In this document: positions 38,313 to 47,124 of the stretch, in pieces
How positions within the stretch are numbered: the stretch's first letter is position 1
Layout of the letters: each line of letters starts with the position of its first letter
Sequence record: OY757094.1
DNA from: Klebsiella phage vB_Ko_K29PH164C1
DNA: 52,715 bases
Reading direction: 5' to 3' (one strand)
Made by a program: the position numbers and the translations under genes
Notes under the pieces: model-generated
Databases searched by the model: none
Seen by the model: only the letters and a program-made list of their open reading frames with translations
Told to the model about the DNA's origin: nothing

Positions 38313-38531
38313 TCATTCATAAATCCTGACATTCATCAAAAGAACACCATCACGATCGTGTAGGTTGTGTTCCTTCTCCTTTGTTACGCGCATTGCAGTA
38401 TGTAATAAGTTGAGCGCGGCACTGAAGAATTGCTCTTGTGAGATCTGCCGGATTGCTACAAGGCGGTGAACCTCCGTTATCAGTTCCTCCGCCTGGTTTC
38501 CCGAAAAGGTTTTCATCATTGAGTTTTTCAA
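38313..38531 (-). CDS. Hypothetical protein
   Basis: ORF between terminator and the 38350-38838 gene. Confidence 0.45.
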   Translation of the reverse strand: MKNSMMKTFSGNQAEELITEVHRLVAIRQISQEQFFSAALNLLHTAMRVTKEKEHNLHDRDGVLLMNVRIYE

Positions 38532-38838
38532 CGTTCATCATCTCCAACATGTAGCGACTATCGCGGCCCTTGAACGATTCAAACTCAAAGTTTACCGGGC
38601 GCTTGTCCGGCCCCTTTGCGCTGGCGTAACCGTCGCTATAGTTAAGGTATCCGAGAGTTACCCATCTTGCTAGGCACTCTTTGGACACCATCGAAGCAAA
38701 GAAGCGAGGAGTAACCCCCGCCGCCCGCGCCAACCTGGAGCACTCGCGGTGATTGAACACGAAGCGCGCCAGATGTTGGCGGTTGAATTGCCGCCATGAC
38801 TCACAGAAACGATACAGGTCTAAAAGGAACATAATCAC
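38350..38838 (-). CDS. Hypothetical protein (C-terminal extent uncertain, overlaps 38313-38531)
   Basis: GTG 38838 or ATG 38832 start; CESWRQFNRQHLARFVFNHRECSRLARAAGV. Confidence 0.4.
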   Translation of the reverse strand: MIMFLLDLYRFCESWRQFNRQHLARFVFNHRECSRLARAAGVTPRFFASMVSKECLARWVTLGYLNYSDGYASAKGPDKRPVNFEFESFKGRDSRYMLEMMNVEKLNDENLFGKPGGGTDNGGSPPCSNPADLTRAILQCRAQLITYCNARNKGEGTQPTRS

Positions 38839-40421
38839 CCCAGCAAGGAAGGATTAAGGAAAATGTTGTCATCCACGACGCAAATCACATTTAATTCCTG
38901 CAATCTCGGGAGAATCACTTCCTTCATCTTTTTACTTACCCCTGCTTGACCCTTGAAGATCTGCAAGTTTCGGATCGAGTTATAAAGAACGCGATAGCCG
39001 ATGTATCCACCCTTGATTGTTTTTGCCCGCTTAGTGATCGCATCATAAACTGCTTTCAATTCGGCGCTTTCACCTGCAAAACCTGAAGAATCCGCCGAGC
39101 TAAGATAAGTCTTGCTTAACTCATGAAACATCAAGATCGCCTCTTCGATCGTATCAACCTCAATCTCTCGCGACTTCTTAGGCTGGCCTTTATCGTCGCT
39201 CCAGTTCCTTATTGCGTGAAGAACGGAAGCAATGCGTAAAACCTGCTTATCTAACTTACCCATAGCACCGCGCAACATGGTGTGGGAATACTTGCCACCA
39301 TCGGCGAGATCAGGCTCCAACTCCTGGCGGGCGCGGTTCAGTCTGCGCATCCCGGCAACCGTCACGCGAAGCTTTACATCTTGCTCCGTCATGATGTTAT
39401 GAATAAGTCGGAAGTATTGAGCCTTTAACTCTTGATTAACTGGCTCATATGTGCTATCTCCGTCATCGTCGATAAACGTTCGCCTGCCTAAGAATGATTC
39501 TTCCCTAACCAACAAGAAACGCTCGGAAACGCCGATGCCGCGAGAGCCAGCTTGCATGATTGCATCGATCGTCTCATCCTGGGCAATAACCGAGATACAA
39601 CCAGACGCAACGAAGCTCATGTTGTTTTCTGCGTTTGAGCGCGCGATCGATACGTGGCCCATATCCCACGCCTTAAGGACAAGTTCACTGTTTGTCTTCC
39701 TGCTGGCGTCGGCGTATGTCATCCCCAGCAGTGAGTTAACGCTCGTTGCCTCATCGGAGATAACCGCAAAGTTTCCTTGCTTGTTGTTTATCTTCGCCAG
39801 GCCTTCGGGCGTCGTATCGGATACCGGGAAAACAATGTCACACAACCTTTCTAAATCATCGTTGCACTTGTCGAGATCCTCATACAAAACAGCCATATCA
39901 CTGGCGGCCTTTTCTCCCTTCATCTCATTCTTGATAGCCGAGATCTTGGCGAGCACCTTCTTTCGCTCCTTCTTTCGCTCTTCGTTTATGCGATCGACTT
40001 CCGCAACAATCGGAGCAATAGCCAGCGAGTTAATGGCAGATTTCCCCGTCGATGGCGGCTGACTGGTGACAACGTAAAGTGATGTTGGCTGTTCCGTTCC
40101 GTGATACTCGACGAAAAAACGCCCCAGCATAGCGGAGGACACAACCCCCAAGAAATGCATATAAGCAGACGACTCAGGGAATTGAACCGATGCGGAAATG
40201 TTGAGCGCCAGGCGTCCCACGATATCATAATCATTCGCGATCGAGATTATCGGGTACTTTTCGTTATCCCCTTCGATCTCTCTAACCTTACCCCAAAACG
40301 AAAACGAAGAGCGATAGCCGTTATTTTTTATTGAGACATAAACGGCGGATAGCCCTTGCGATTCTGATATGGCTAGGATTTGTTGAGGCGATAAACGATC
40401 GTCTCTCATATCGTTGTACAT
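38835..40421 (-). CDS. DUF3987-like replication-associated P-loop protein
   Basis: SLYVVTSQPPSTGKSAINSLAIAPI, VISDEATSVNSLLG, SGCISVIAQDETIDAIM. Confidence 0.75.
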   Translation of the reverse strand: MYNDMRDDRLSPQQILAISESQGLSAVYVSIKNNGYRSSFSFWGKVREIEGDNEKYPIISIANDYDIVGRLALNISASVQFPESSAYMHFLGVVSSAMLGRFFVEYHGTEQPTSLYVVTSQPPSTGKSAINSLAIAPIVAEVDRINEERKKERKKVLAKISAIKNEMKGEKAASDMAVLYEDLDKCNDDLERLCDIVFPVSDTTPEGLAKINNKQGNFAVISDEATSVNSLLGMTYADASRKTNSELVLKAWDMGHVSIARSNAENNMSFVASGCISVIAQDETIDAIMQAGSRGIGVSERFLLVREESFLGRRTFIDDDGDSTYEPVNQELKAQYFRLIHNIMTEQDVKLRVTVAGMRRLNRARQELEPDLADGGKYSHTMLRGAMGKLDKQVLRIASVLHAIRNWSDDKGQPKKSREIEVDTIEEAILMFHELSKTYLSSADSSGFAGESAELKAVYDAITKRAKTIKGGYIGYRVLYNSIRNLQIFKGQAGVSKKMKEVILPRLQELNVICVVDDNIFLNPSLLG

Positions 40422-40544
40422 AAAAAGCTCCTGTTACGTGGAAAGGTGAAACCATTATCCACATTTACACAATCAAGATCCAATGAATTATAGTAAGGCG
40501 CCTCGAAAAGCGGCTAACGATAATGGGGCCGAAGCCCCAACCAA

Positions 40545-40982
40545 TCAGAGATACTTGGCTTCGAACGTTGTTCCATCGGCGATCGAGAATCCGACCTCCT
40601 CTCGGAAAAGAGTCCAGCGGCAACCGTCATTGTCAAAAATGTATCCAGCAACGCCGCCCAGCGCGCGACCGCTTTCAACCTGGTAACGCTTGCCAACCGT
40701 GAATGATTTCTTCACTGGGTTATTGTGATCGAGAGCCATACACTTAAGTGTTTTAGTTTTCAGTTCAACGAAGGTTGCAGCCACGACGCCGCCAACCCCT
40801 GAAAGAAATATCTGACCGCATACGCCGATCGATAAGTCGATTCGCTTCTTCTTATTTTCGGCGGTGCAATAAACCGTTACCGTCATGCGACCCTCATCAT
40901 TAACGCTAACCTTGTACATGTTATTCTCAATGAATTTAGGCGCGATGGATGAGGTGCATTTAACGCGAATTGTTTTAGCCAT
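40545..40982 (-). CDS. Two-domain member of the small 'KCT/KC...GKxY' family
   Basis: IRVKCTSSIAPKFIENNMYKVSV... and LKCMALDHNNPVKKSFTVGKRYQVE. Confidence 0.65.
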   Translation of the reverse strand: MAKTIRVKCTSSIAPKFIENNMYKVSVNDEGRMTVTVYCTAENKKKRIDLSIGVCGQIFLSGVGGVVAATFVELKTKTLKCMALDHNNPVKKSFTVGKRYQVESGRALGGVAGYIFDNDGCRWTLFREEVGFSIADGTTFEAKYL

Positions 40983-41015
40983 TTCTTTATTTCCTTATTT
41001 GGTTTTGATGTGGGG

Positions 41016-41058
41016 ATAATACCCGATCTCGCGACCGGGCATTTAGCAATTCGTGCTA
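41016..41058 (-). promoter_or_regulatory. Promoter-family element
   Basis: Minus strand TAGCACGAATTGCTA (41058-41044), 22 bp, TATTAT (41021-41016). Confidence 0.7.
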
Positions 41059-41775
41059 TTTGTAGAACCAATTCGCCTCGAATACAGCGCGAGCGAATCC
41101 GAGAGGGGTAATGGAACGGAGCATTTTTGTACGCTCGGACTTGCCGCCTAAATATTTCCAGGCCCAAAAAAAGCCAATAGATTCAACGGGTTTTCTTTCA
41201 GGCTCTTTGAATCCATTCCCGCACCAAATGCAAGTCTTTTTATTGTACGCATCCTGGTGGGGCATTTTTTGGTGCCAAACTTCCTCTTCGGGCCTCATAT
41301 ATCCGCCGAACTCACACGGATGGAAATAGAAATCAGGCTTGCGCCAAAGCGTCGATAATTTACCAACCGGGTTTTCAACCATCCAGGGGCAATTATAAAG
41401 AGCGCCTAACCCCTCAATCATTTTCGCATTGTCAACTGAAATATAAAGTTCATCATCCGCGCGCTCATGTTTAGCGCCGCTATGGGCTAAATCAGTACAT
41501 GACGGGAATGCAAAAATAATATCCGGCTTTGGTATCCCCAGGATCTCACACTTTATAGCGAAATCTCGATCAATCCACATGTTGACATACTCAATATTCG
41601 GATGTTCCATGCGAATTTTATATTCGCCGTGGTCGCCGGAGTCAGCATTAAAACAATAAACCTTAGCGCCGCGCTCCGCCCAAGGAAGCCCCATAATCCC
41701 TGAGCCGTCAAAGAGACACCATACCGTTTTCATTCTGAAACCTCCGAGAAAGTCGCCACGCCTAACACAGCCCAA
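41056..41775 (-). CDS. Cytosine methyltransferase-like / unusual Rossmann protein
   Basis: LFDGSGIMGLPWAERGAKVYCFNADSGDHG, DIIFAFPSCTDLAHSGAKH, CPWMVENPVGKLS; zinc-like CxxC. Confidence 0.55.
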   Translation of the reverse strand: MGCVRRGDFLGGFRMKTVWCLFDGSGIMGLPWAERGAKVYCFNADSGDHGEYKIRMEHPNIEYVNMWIDRDFAIKCEILGIPKPDIIFAFPSCTDLAHSGAKHERADDELYISVDNAKMIEGLGALYNCPWMVENPVGKLSTLWRKPDFYFHPCEFGGYMRPEEEVWHQKMPHQDAYNKKTCIWCGNGFKEPERKPVESIGFFWAWKYLGGKSERTKMLRSITPLGFARAVFEANWFYK

Positions 41776-41963
41776 TAATCAGGCCAGCCTTTAACAGCTT
41801 GCCAGGTCACGCCGCCTAACTTACGCTCGCGATCGCCGTCAATGCTCAACTCATCGCGCACGCCCTTGATTGTATGCGCTTCGTAAATCTTGCCCTTCGT
41901 GAAGAAAGGAAGCTTCTTATCGCCGGGAGCGATCGCGCCAGTACATTTAAGTTTGATTACCAC
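41730..41963 (-). CDS. Small 'KCT...FTKGKIY' family protein
   Basis: MVIKLKCTGAIAPGDKKLPFFTKGKIYEAH. Confidence 0.6.
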   Translation of the reverse strand: MVIKLKCTGAIAPGDKKLPFFTKGKIYEAHTIKGVRDELSIDGDRERKLGGVTWQAVKGWPDYWAVLGVATFSEVSE

Positions 41964-42157
41964 GGAATAAAATCTCCATTATCAAAGGAGTCAGTGTCGA
42001 TCGCGTCATCCAGGTCATCGGTAAACGGGAGGCTTTCTTCGTCCATATCCATATCGCCGAGCGCCTCGGATAGTGACATGTAGCCGCAAGCAACCGCCAT
42101 TGCGTAATCGGTATTTAGTCCGGCGTCAAGCGCCGCATGGAATAACTTCTCATCCAT
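41957..42157 (-). CDS. Small acidic hypothetical protein
   Basis: MDEKLFHAALDAGLNTDYAMAVACGYMSLSEALGDMDMDEE; overlaps both neighbours by a few bp. Confidence 0.45.
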   Translation of the reverse strand: MDEKLFHAALDAGLNTDYAMAVACGYMSLSEALGDMDMDEESLPFTDDLDDAIDTDSFDNGDFIPW

Positions 42158-42515
42158 TTTGAACCACCTTTTTATATTCGCGCAACTTAGCCGCGCATGA
42201 CTTTGAACAAGTTCGGCCCCAGCCGCGAGCAAGATCCGATTTCTTGACTTTGTAGACGGCCCCGCACGCCGGAGCCTCGCAGCATTTCATTTCCGTTCCC
42301 GATTTGCGTGGCGCGGAACAATCCGCCTTTGCCTTTGGGCTTGAGCCAGTCAGAGAACCATCATCGGGGCTTTTAGTTGACCAGAAGAATTGAACCTTTG
42401 CTACCTCTTCGCCGAATTCGTTAACGAACATGTAAACGCCTTTGCTCTTCAGCGCTACTATACAGTGATGCATTTCGCCGTTAACTTCGAAGTATGCGCG
42501 ATCGCCTTCTTTCAT
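42150..42515 (-). CDS. Hypothetical protein with C-terminal Cys cluster
   Basis: CCEAPACGAVYKVKKSDLARGWGRTCSKSCAAKLREY. Confidence 0.55.
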   Translation of the reverse strand: MKEGDRAYFEVNGEMHHCIVALKSKGVYMFVNEFGEEVAKVQFFWSTKSPDDGSLTGSSPKAKADCSAPRKSGTEMKCCEAPACGAVYKVKKSDLARGWGRTCSKSCAAKLREYKKVVQNG

Positions 42516-42743
42516 TTATGCGTACCACTTTTCGATAAAGATTCGATTATCGGTGAGCAGAACGGAAACCTGCATTTCGTTCATTGCCACCACACGAGAA
42601 CCCGGAACCGTACCAACCGCAAACGCGCCATTCGGTCGTTTGGTGATCGTGACTTGAGTCATGCCGGAAGCCTTATCCATACGGACGACACAACGACCCT
42701 TCTTCTCAACCAGTGCCAGGATACCCATAACTTTACAGTTCAT
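42516..42743 (-). CDS. Hypothetical protein
   Basis: MNCKVMGILALVEKKGRCVVRMDK; in operon downstream of a promoter-family element. Confidence 0.5.
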   Translation of the reverse strand: MNCKVMGILALVEKKGRCVVRMDKASGMTQVTITKRPNGAFAVGTVPGSRVVAMNEMQVSVLLTDNRIFIEKWYA

Positions 42744-42775
42744 TTTTACTACTCCGTTTTGTTTGGTGTGGGGAT

Positions 42776-42819
42776 AATATACCATCATCCCCGATCGGTT
42801 GTTTTAGCAAAAAGTGCTA
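42776..42819 (-). promoter_or_regulatory. Promoter-family element
   Basis: Minus strand TAGCACTTTTTGCTA (42819-42805), 23 bp, TATATT, flanked by GGGGAT...ATCCCC. Confidence 0.65.
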
Positions 42820-43104
42820 TACGAAAGATAATTCAACGTAGCCATTGCGATAGAAACGGAAACGCAGAAGGCCATAGTGATAAGCAATGTCGCTCTTCTC
42901 TTCCGTCATCAAACAGAGAGTGCGGCGTTGCTTGTTGAAAGTGCAATTGTCCCGGAATACCTGGTTGATTCCGTGAGTCTTAACCAGCGCCTGGATTGAC
43001 TCCTTTACATTGAGGTAATCCAGGTAACGGTGATGCGCACGCATCAAGATCTTAGCGTGGCGCATTTCCTTGCGGGCCTTCTTCAGTTCGATGATGCTAG
43101 CCAT
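42817..43104 (-). CDS. Hypothetical protein
   Basis: MASIIELKKARKEMRHAKILMRAHHRYLDYL; stop TAG is within the regulatory motif. Confidence 0.5.
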   Translation of the reverse strand: MASIIELKKARKEMRHAKILMRAHHRYLDYLNVKESIQALVKTHGINQVFRDNCTFNKQRRTLCLMTEEKSDIAYHYGLLRFRFYRNGYVELSFV

Positions 43105-43527
43105 TTACTTTACCCCGTCGAATGTGCGGTATGATTGCTGCACTTTCATAAACACTGCATTGCGCGTTATCGCATCTTCCACGCATGAAATATCTTGCTC
43201 TTCGCGCTCAACATCGAATTGACCAACGAAACAGATCTCTCGTTTGGTCTTCAGGTCTTGAATGATGAATCGTTGCCCTGACAGGTCAATCACACGGAAC
43301 GGGATTCCTTCGTGGTATTCGTGATTCCCGGCACCAAGGATTGAATCGGCGTTACAGTCCTGAAGGCTCGGAACATGGTAGAATCGGCAAATCGCACGCT
43401 CTACCGCATCACGCAGAAGCCGACCATGACACTTAGCGGCGGCAACCCCGCGCTTTCTAATCTGCTCTTCGGACAAGTCGCCCTTCACGTAAGTGTACCC
43501 ACCAGCAATATTGAAAGACTGTTTCAT
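43105..43527 (-). CDS. Hypothetical protein
   Basis: Compact ORF abutting both neighbours. Confidence 0.55.
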   Translation of the reverse strand: MKQSFNIAGGYTYVKGDLSEEQIRKRGVAAAKCHGRLLRDAVERAICRFYHVPSLQDCNADSILGAGNHEYHEGIPFRVIDLSGQRFIIQDLKTKREICFVGQFDVEREEQDISCVEDAITRNAVFMKVQQSYRTFDGVK

Positions 43528-43748
43528 AATTTAACCTCGTTGTATTCCATGAATTCCAGGACGTAGATACACTCCCTGGGATGCTCTAAACCTCTGAGAA
43601 CCTCGCAACCATCGTTGAACAGGTTGCAAGAGCTACACTCCCAGCCGCCGACATTCAGGCCGACGATGTTCAAGCCGTTGCACTTCCCGCCGCCCCATCG
43701 GTGAGGGAAGTCATAAGCCATGCAGTCGCAAGTAACCTGTTTACGCAT
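43524..43748 (-). CDS. Cys-rich hypothetical protein (probable start MRKQVTCDCMAYDF)
   Basis: CDCMAYDFPHRWGGGKCNG...CSSCNLFNDGC; ATGA overlap with next gene. Confidence 0.5.
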   Translation of the reverse strand: MRKQVTCDCMAYDFPHRWGGGKCNGLNIVGLNVGGWECSSCNLFNDGCEVLRGLEHPRECIYVLEFMEYNEVKL

Positions 43749-43752
43749 GGCT

Positions 43753-44028
43753 CTACCCCACGATACGTTTTCCGGTACTACCGAGGAAGCGATTAAGCTT
43801 ACCCCTTGATTCGGTAGCGCGCTCTCTTGAACGGAACCTCTCCAGGTAGTAAGTATCGACACCCATCACAAGAGTGTCATCCACACTTGACGGCCCGACA
43901 AGCCAAAGGCTATACGTCTGCTTGTCAAGCCCATAATTTACATCTTTGTTCATGCGAACCGCTACCGGGCTGAAGCCATGCTTATCAATGAAGGCTTCCA
44001 CGCGATTCAATAATTCTTGCCTTGTCAT
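43753..44028 (-). CDS. Hypothetical protein
   Basis: MTRQELLNRVEAFIDKHGF; first gene after promoter-family element at 44061-44103. Confidence 0.5.
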   Translation of the reverse strand: MTRQELLNRVEAFIDKHGFSPVAVRMNKDVNYGLDKQTYSLWLVGPSSVDDTLVMGVDTYYLERFRSRERATESRGKLNRFLGSTGKRIVG

Positions 44029-44060
44029 TTGCTAAATCTCCGTGATTGGTTGATGCACTC

Positions 44061-44103
44061 ACTATAACCCGTTCCGATCGGTAATGTGTTGCAAAAAGTG
44101 CTA
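44061..44103 (-). promoter_or_regulatory. Promoter-family element
   Basis: Minus strand TAGCACTTTTTGCAA (44103-44089), 22 bp, TATAGT (44066-44061). Confidence 0.7.
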
Positions 44104-44299
44104 TTCCAGTAGTTGCGCGTTATTCCACCAGTTCAGGAATAATTGGAATAGTCTCGCATGGTCATTTTGACAATAGTCATTTTGACTATTTGCGCGGATG
44201 GCAATAATCTCCTCTCATTGTTGCTTATCATTCATCAAACGTGAGGGGGAATGGATGGTGATTCGGTGCTCGCCTGGTGGATTTTCCAATCTTCGCCCG

Positions 44300-44670
44300 G
44301 AGTTTGGCTCCCTGTTAGGTTGGTTTGGTAATGGTTTGGTAAGGGTTAGGTAAGATAATCTTACTCGAATTCCGCTCAAATTTTGCGCAGCATGAAATAG
44401 AGAATATCTATATAATATATATACTTAGCTCTATCTATTATTATTATTATTGTATATTGGTACTTGTTAGGTAAGAAAGGTAATGGTTAAGGCTATGTGC
44501 AATGCTGACTGCTAAGGTCATGGTATGTTCCGCGCGGAATATATATAGGTGCATACCCCCTAAAAAATCTTACCAGGCTTACCTAACACGCTTGACGCCT
44601 TGCGGCGCATGGCTTACGCTATTACCTAACAGCCTTACCGAGCATTACCACACCTTACCGAACATAGGAG
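44300..44670. promoter_or_regulatory. AT-rich region with GGTAAG/CTTACC repeats (origin/regulatory candidate B), inverted homologue of candidate A
   Basis: TTACTCGAATTCCGCTCAAATTTTGCGCAGCATGAAA... TATAATATATATA ... ATTATTATTATTATT, multiple GGTAAG and CTTACC. Confidence 0.55.
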
Positions 44671-44678
44671 CATAGAAA

Positions 44679-45194
44679 ATGGCTAGCATCGACAACATCA
44701 TCAAGTTTACGCAGCAGGTAACGGCGGAGTTCCCGGACATGGAACCAGGCGAGCAAGCCAGGCTGGGGGCAAGGCGCGCGCAAGAGTTCGAGGATTCAGC
44801 GGCGGACTCAACCCCGGCAAGCAGCAAGGGGAGCGCCTCCATTCGTTCCATCCTGGAGCCATTATTCAAGGCGGGCGATTACAGCATCACTATTGACCGC
44901 GAGGCATTCGAGGAGGAATACGGCATCACGCTTACGTACCAGAACTTACGATCGGCCTTTCGGGCGTACTTCACCGACACGCATAGAATCGTGATTCGCG
45001 AGAACGCATTGCATTTCACCGTGACCAAGGAGGTCAAGGCCCAGGCGGAGGGCGCATTCGATGAGCAGGTATCGCGAGCCGTCCAGGTGGAGCGGGCCAG
45101 GGTATGTGATGCTATTGATGAGCTATTCGGGGATTCGTTCCGGGATCGGGCGTTGCTCAAGGCGCTAAAAATTATCGTGAGAAATGGGGAATAG
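44679..45194 (+). CDS. Hypothetical DNA-associated-type protein
   Basis: First gene right of region B; SIRSILEPLFKAGDYSITIDREAFEEEYGITLTYQNLRSAFRAYF. Confidence 0.5.
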   Translation: MASIDNIIKFTQQVTAEFPDMEPGEQARLGARRAQEFEDSAADSTPASSKGSASIRSILEPLFKAGDYSITIDREAFEEEYGITLTYQNLRSAFRAYFTDTHRIVIRENALHFTVTKEVKAQAEGAFDEQVSRAVQVERARVCDAIDELFGDSFRDRALLKALKIIVRNGE

Positions 45195-45234
45195 CACGAA
45201 TTGCTAAACCTCCCTGACCGGGTTTTGGTATTAT
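45192..45234 (+). promoter_or_regulatory. Promoter-family element
   Basis: TAGCACGAATTGCTA, 22 bp, TATTAT. Confidence 0.7.
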
Positions 45235-45272
45235 GTATCCATCGAAACGAAGTAGGCAAAAGGAAAAACATC

Positions 45273-45551
45273 ATGAACGTATCTAAGACTACAATCAACT
45301 TTGCAGCAAAACGCGGTATCTTTGTTGAGGTTGTGGAAGCTGACGAATACGCTCCGAATGGTCGCCTTTGGTTCTTCTTCGAAGAGGACGGTTGCGAGCC
45401 AGACCTGGCATACATTATCGGCGCTGACGGTTCCGCCTCTTTCTCTACTGGATACTCAATCACTAAAGAAGTGAAGGAAGAAATCCCGGCGACCATCTTC
45501 AACGAGAAGCAACTCCGCCAGGTTATCGACTTCATCGCAGCGAACAACTAG
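45273..45551 (+). CDS. Small acidic hypothetical protein
   Basis: MNVSKTTINFAAKRGIFVEVVEADEYAPNGRLWFFFEEDG. Confidence 0.55.
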   Translation: MNVSKTTINFAAKRGIFVEVVEADEYAPNGRLWFFFEEDGCEPDLAYIIGADGSASFSTGYSITKEVKEEIPATIFNEKQLRQVIDFIAANN

Positions 45552-45583
45552 GGGCCGAAAGGCCCAATCAGGGAGAACTCTCA

Positions 45584-45853
45584 ATGAAAATGTCATTCCG
45601 CAGCCAGGTACTCAACGCAAAGGCGCAATCACCAGACAAGCAGATCCGATACCTGGCATTCGTCACCGACAACCCGTCGAAGGCTTTCGCCGGGAACCGC
45701 TATCAACATACGGCGGCATTCATGGCCTGGATTGCCGACCGCAAGGCCGAGTATGCAGCGGCTTACCCTGGCTGGTTGCTCGGCGGCGTGATAATCGCCA
45801 GTCAAGAGCACTTCACCGATTTCATCCTTCGCGGAGAATGGCGCGATAAATAG
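45584..45853 (+). CDS. Hypothetical protein
   Basis: MKMSFRSQVLNAKAQSPDKQIRYLAFVTDNPSKAFAG; stop TAG in motif. Confidence 0.5.
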   Translation: MKMSFRSQVLNAKAQSPDKQIRYLAFVTDNPSKAFAGNRYQHTAAFMAWIADRKAEYAAAYPGWLLGGVIIASQEHFTDFILRGEWRDK

Positions 45854-45893
45854 CACTTTTTGCTAAACATGCCCCGACGACCTGGGGCATAAT
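45851..45893 (+). promoter_or_regulatory. Promoter-family element
   Basis: TAGCACTTTTTGCTA, 22 bp, CATAAT. Confidence 0.7.
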
Positions 45894-45922
45894 AGCCACA
45901 TCAACCAAACAGGAGCAAGACC

Positions 45923-46135
45923 ATGAAACTACGTTGCATTACATCCGAATCAATCAACTACGCGCCAGGCTTCGAGTACACCGCCGAAATGGGCGTAACC
46001 GTTCGCACCAACCGCGAATCAATCGGCTGCAACGTGGTTCACGGATCGCATACATGGTTTTTCTTCAATAAGTCAACCCTGGCAGCGGAGCGCCGAAGCG
46101 GTCACGTTGTCGCAACCTTCGAGGTAATATCATGA
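45923..46135 (+). CDS. Small 'RCI...' family protein
   Basis: MKLRCITSESINYAPGFEYTAEMG. Confidence 0.55.
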   Translation: MKLRCITSESINYAPGFEYTAEMGVTVRTNRESIGCNVVHGSHTWFFFNKSTLAAERRSGHVVATFEVIS

Positions 46136-46452
46136 TCACGACCAAAAATCCACTTCCGGGCAACCTGTATCTTCTGGCTCACACTGGCGGGATTCGTAAC
46201 GTCCTGCTGTACATTCACGAAGACGGGACTTGCTCAAGCGCATGGGCCAGCAGCGATGGCGAACGACTGTACCGCTTCCGGGCATTCGAGCAACCAGGCG
46301 CAGCGGGTAGCGACGACTGGCTTTATGATATCCGCATGGGCGGGAAAACGTTCAAGGCCGTGTTTGTCGGTCGCCCAACCAGACCGCCACACCGAATCAC
46401 CAATGCGGAGATTTTCGAACTGTACACCAAATTTAACGTAACTCACGGGTGA
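46132..46452 (+). CDS. Hypothetical protein
   Basis: Overlaps upstream gene (ATGA-like junction). Confidence 0.5.
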   Translation: MITTKNPLPGNLYLLAHTGGIRNVLLYIHEDGTCSSAWASSDGERLYRFRAFEQPGAAGSDDWLYDIRMGGKTFKAVFVGRPTRPPHRITNAEIFELYTKFNVTHG

Positions 46453-46456
46453 TGAT

Positions 46457-46795
46457 ATGAAACCAATTATCAGCGAATTCGATCGAAACTGGATGGTAGG
46501 CCCGCGCGGTGAACAGCCTGTACTTTGCCGCCTGGTGTGGGTTCCTCACAATAGCGAACATGGCTCGCGTCAGGCAATCATGCGAAATTGGGCTATGCGC
46601 AACCGCCTGTTTGTTATGGTGGTGCCAGGAATGGGAGAGCATGGCAATAACTACGGACTCGGGGCAATGCGCCAGGTTTACTATCAGTATGGCGTAGGCT
46701 TTTTCCTCCAGGTCAATAGCAGAGCCAGAAAAGAGGTGATCTCTCTCGACAAGATCATGCAATCGGCTTACCTCTTCACTAACGGGATGCACTAA
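46457..46795 (+). CDS. Hypothetical protein
   Basis: ORF with RBS; MKPIISEFDRNWMVGPRGEQPVLCRLVW. Confidence 0.5.
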   Translation: MKPIISEFDRNWMVGPRGEQPVLCRLVWVPHNSEHGSRQAIMRNWAMRNRLFVMVVPGMGEHGNNYGLGAMRQVYYQYGVGFFLQVNSRARKEVISLDKIMQSAYLFTNGMH

Positions 46796-46797
46796 TA

Positions 46798-46989
46798 ATG
46801 ATTGACAACATTGCTTACTTTATGCTTCTTATTGCCGTCCTGATTATGGTCAGCGCCTACAGCAAGCAGGCGCGCGAGCTTGAAAAGACCAAACGCGAGC
46901 TACGCCAGGCCAAGGACGAGATCGAAGTGACGCAGATTCACCTTAACCGGGTATACGCAGACCTTAACGACGCATTAGGGGAAGAATAG
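46798..46989 (+). CDS. Small membrane/coiled-coil protein (Rz-like topology)
   Basis: MIDNIAYFMLLIAVLIMVSAYSKQARELEKTKRELRQAKDEIE. Confidence 0.5.
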   Translation: MIDNIAYFMLLIAVLIMVSAYSKQARELEKTKRELRQAKDEIEVTQIHLNRVYADLNDALGEE

Positions 46990-47029
46990 CACAAATTGCT
47001 AAACGCGCGCCATGCAGACGCGCTATAGT
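46987..47029 (+). promoter_or_regulatory. Promoter-family element
   Basis: TAGCACAAATTGCTA, 22 bp, TATAGT. Confidence 0.7.
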
Positions 47030-47124
47030 ATACAAACACAAGCAAACAGGCGGCTCGAAAATGAGTCGCTCACAATTTGATTTAGGCGCATCACAATAGA
47101 TGCAAAAACGTTAAATTTTCGGAG

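Noticed and set aside
40483-40696. Plus-strand ORFs 40483-40686 and 40514-40696 (minus)
   Set aside because: Overlap the better-supported minus-strand gene 40545-40982 or its intergenic region; no RBS and arginine-rich shadow-frame composition.
42390-42938. 182-aa plus-strand ORF
   Set aside because: Lies antisense to several short minus genes that share promoter-family control and tight overlaps; His/Cys-rich composition typical of a shadow frame.
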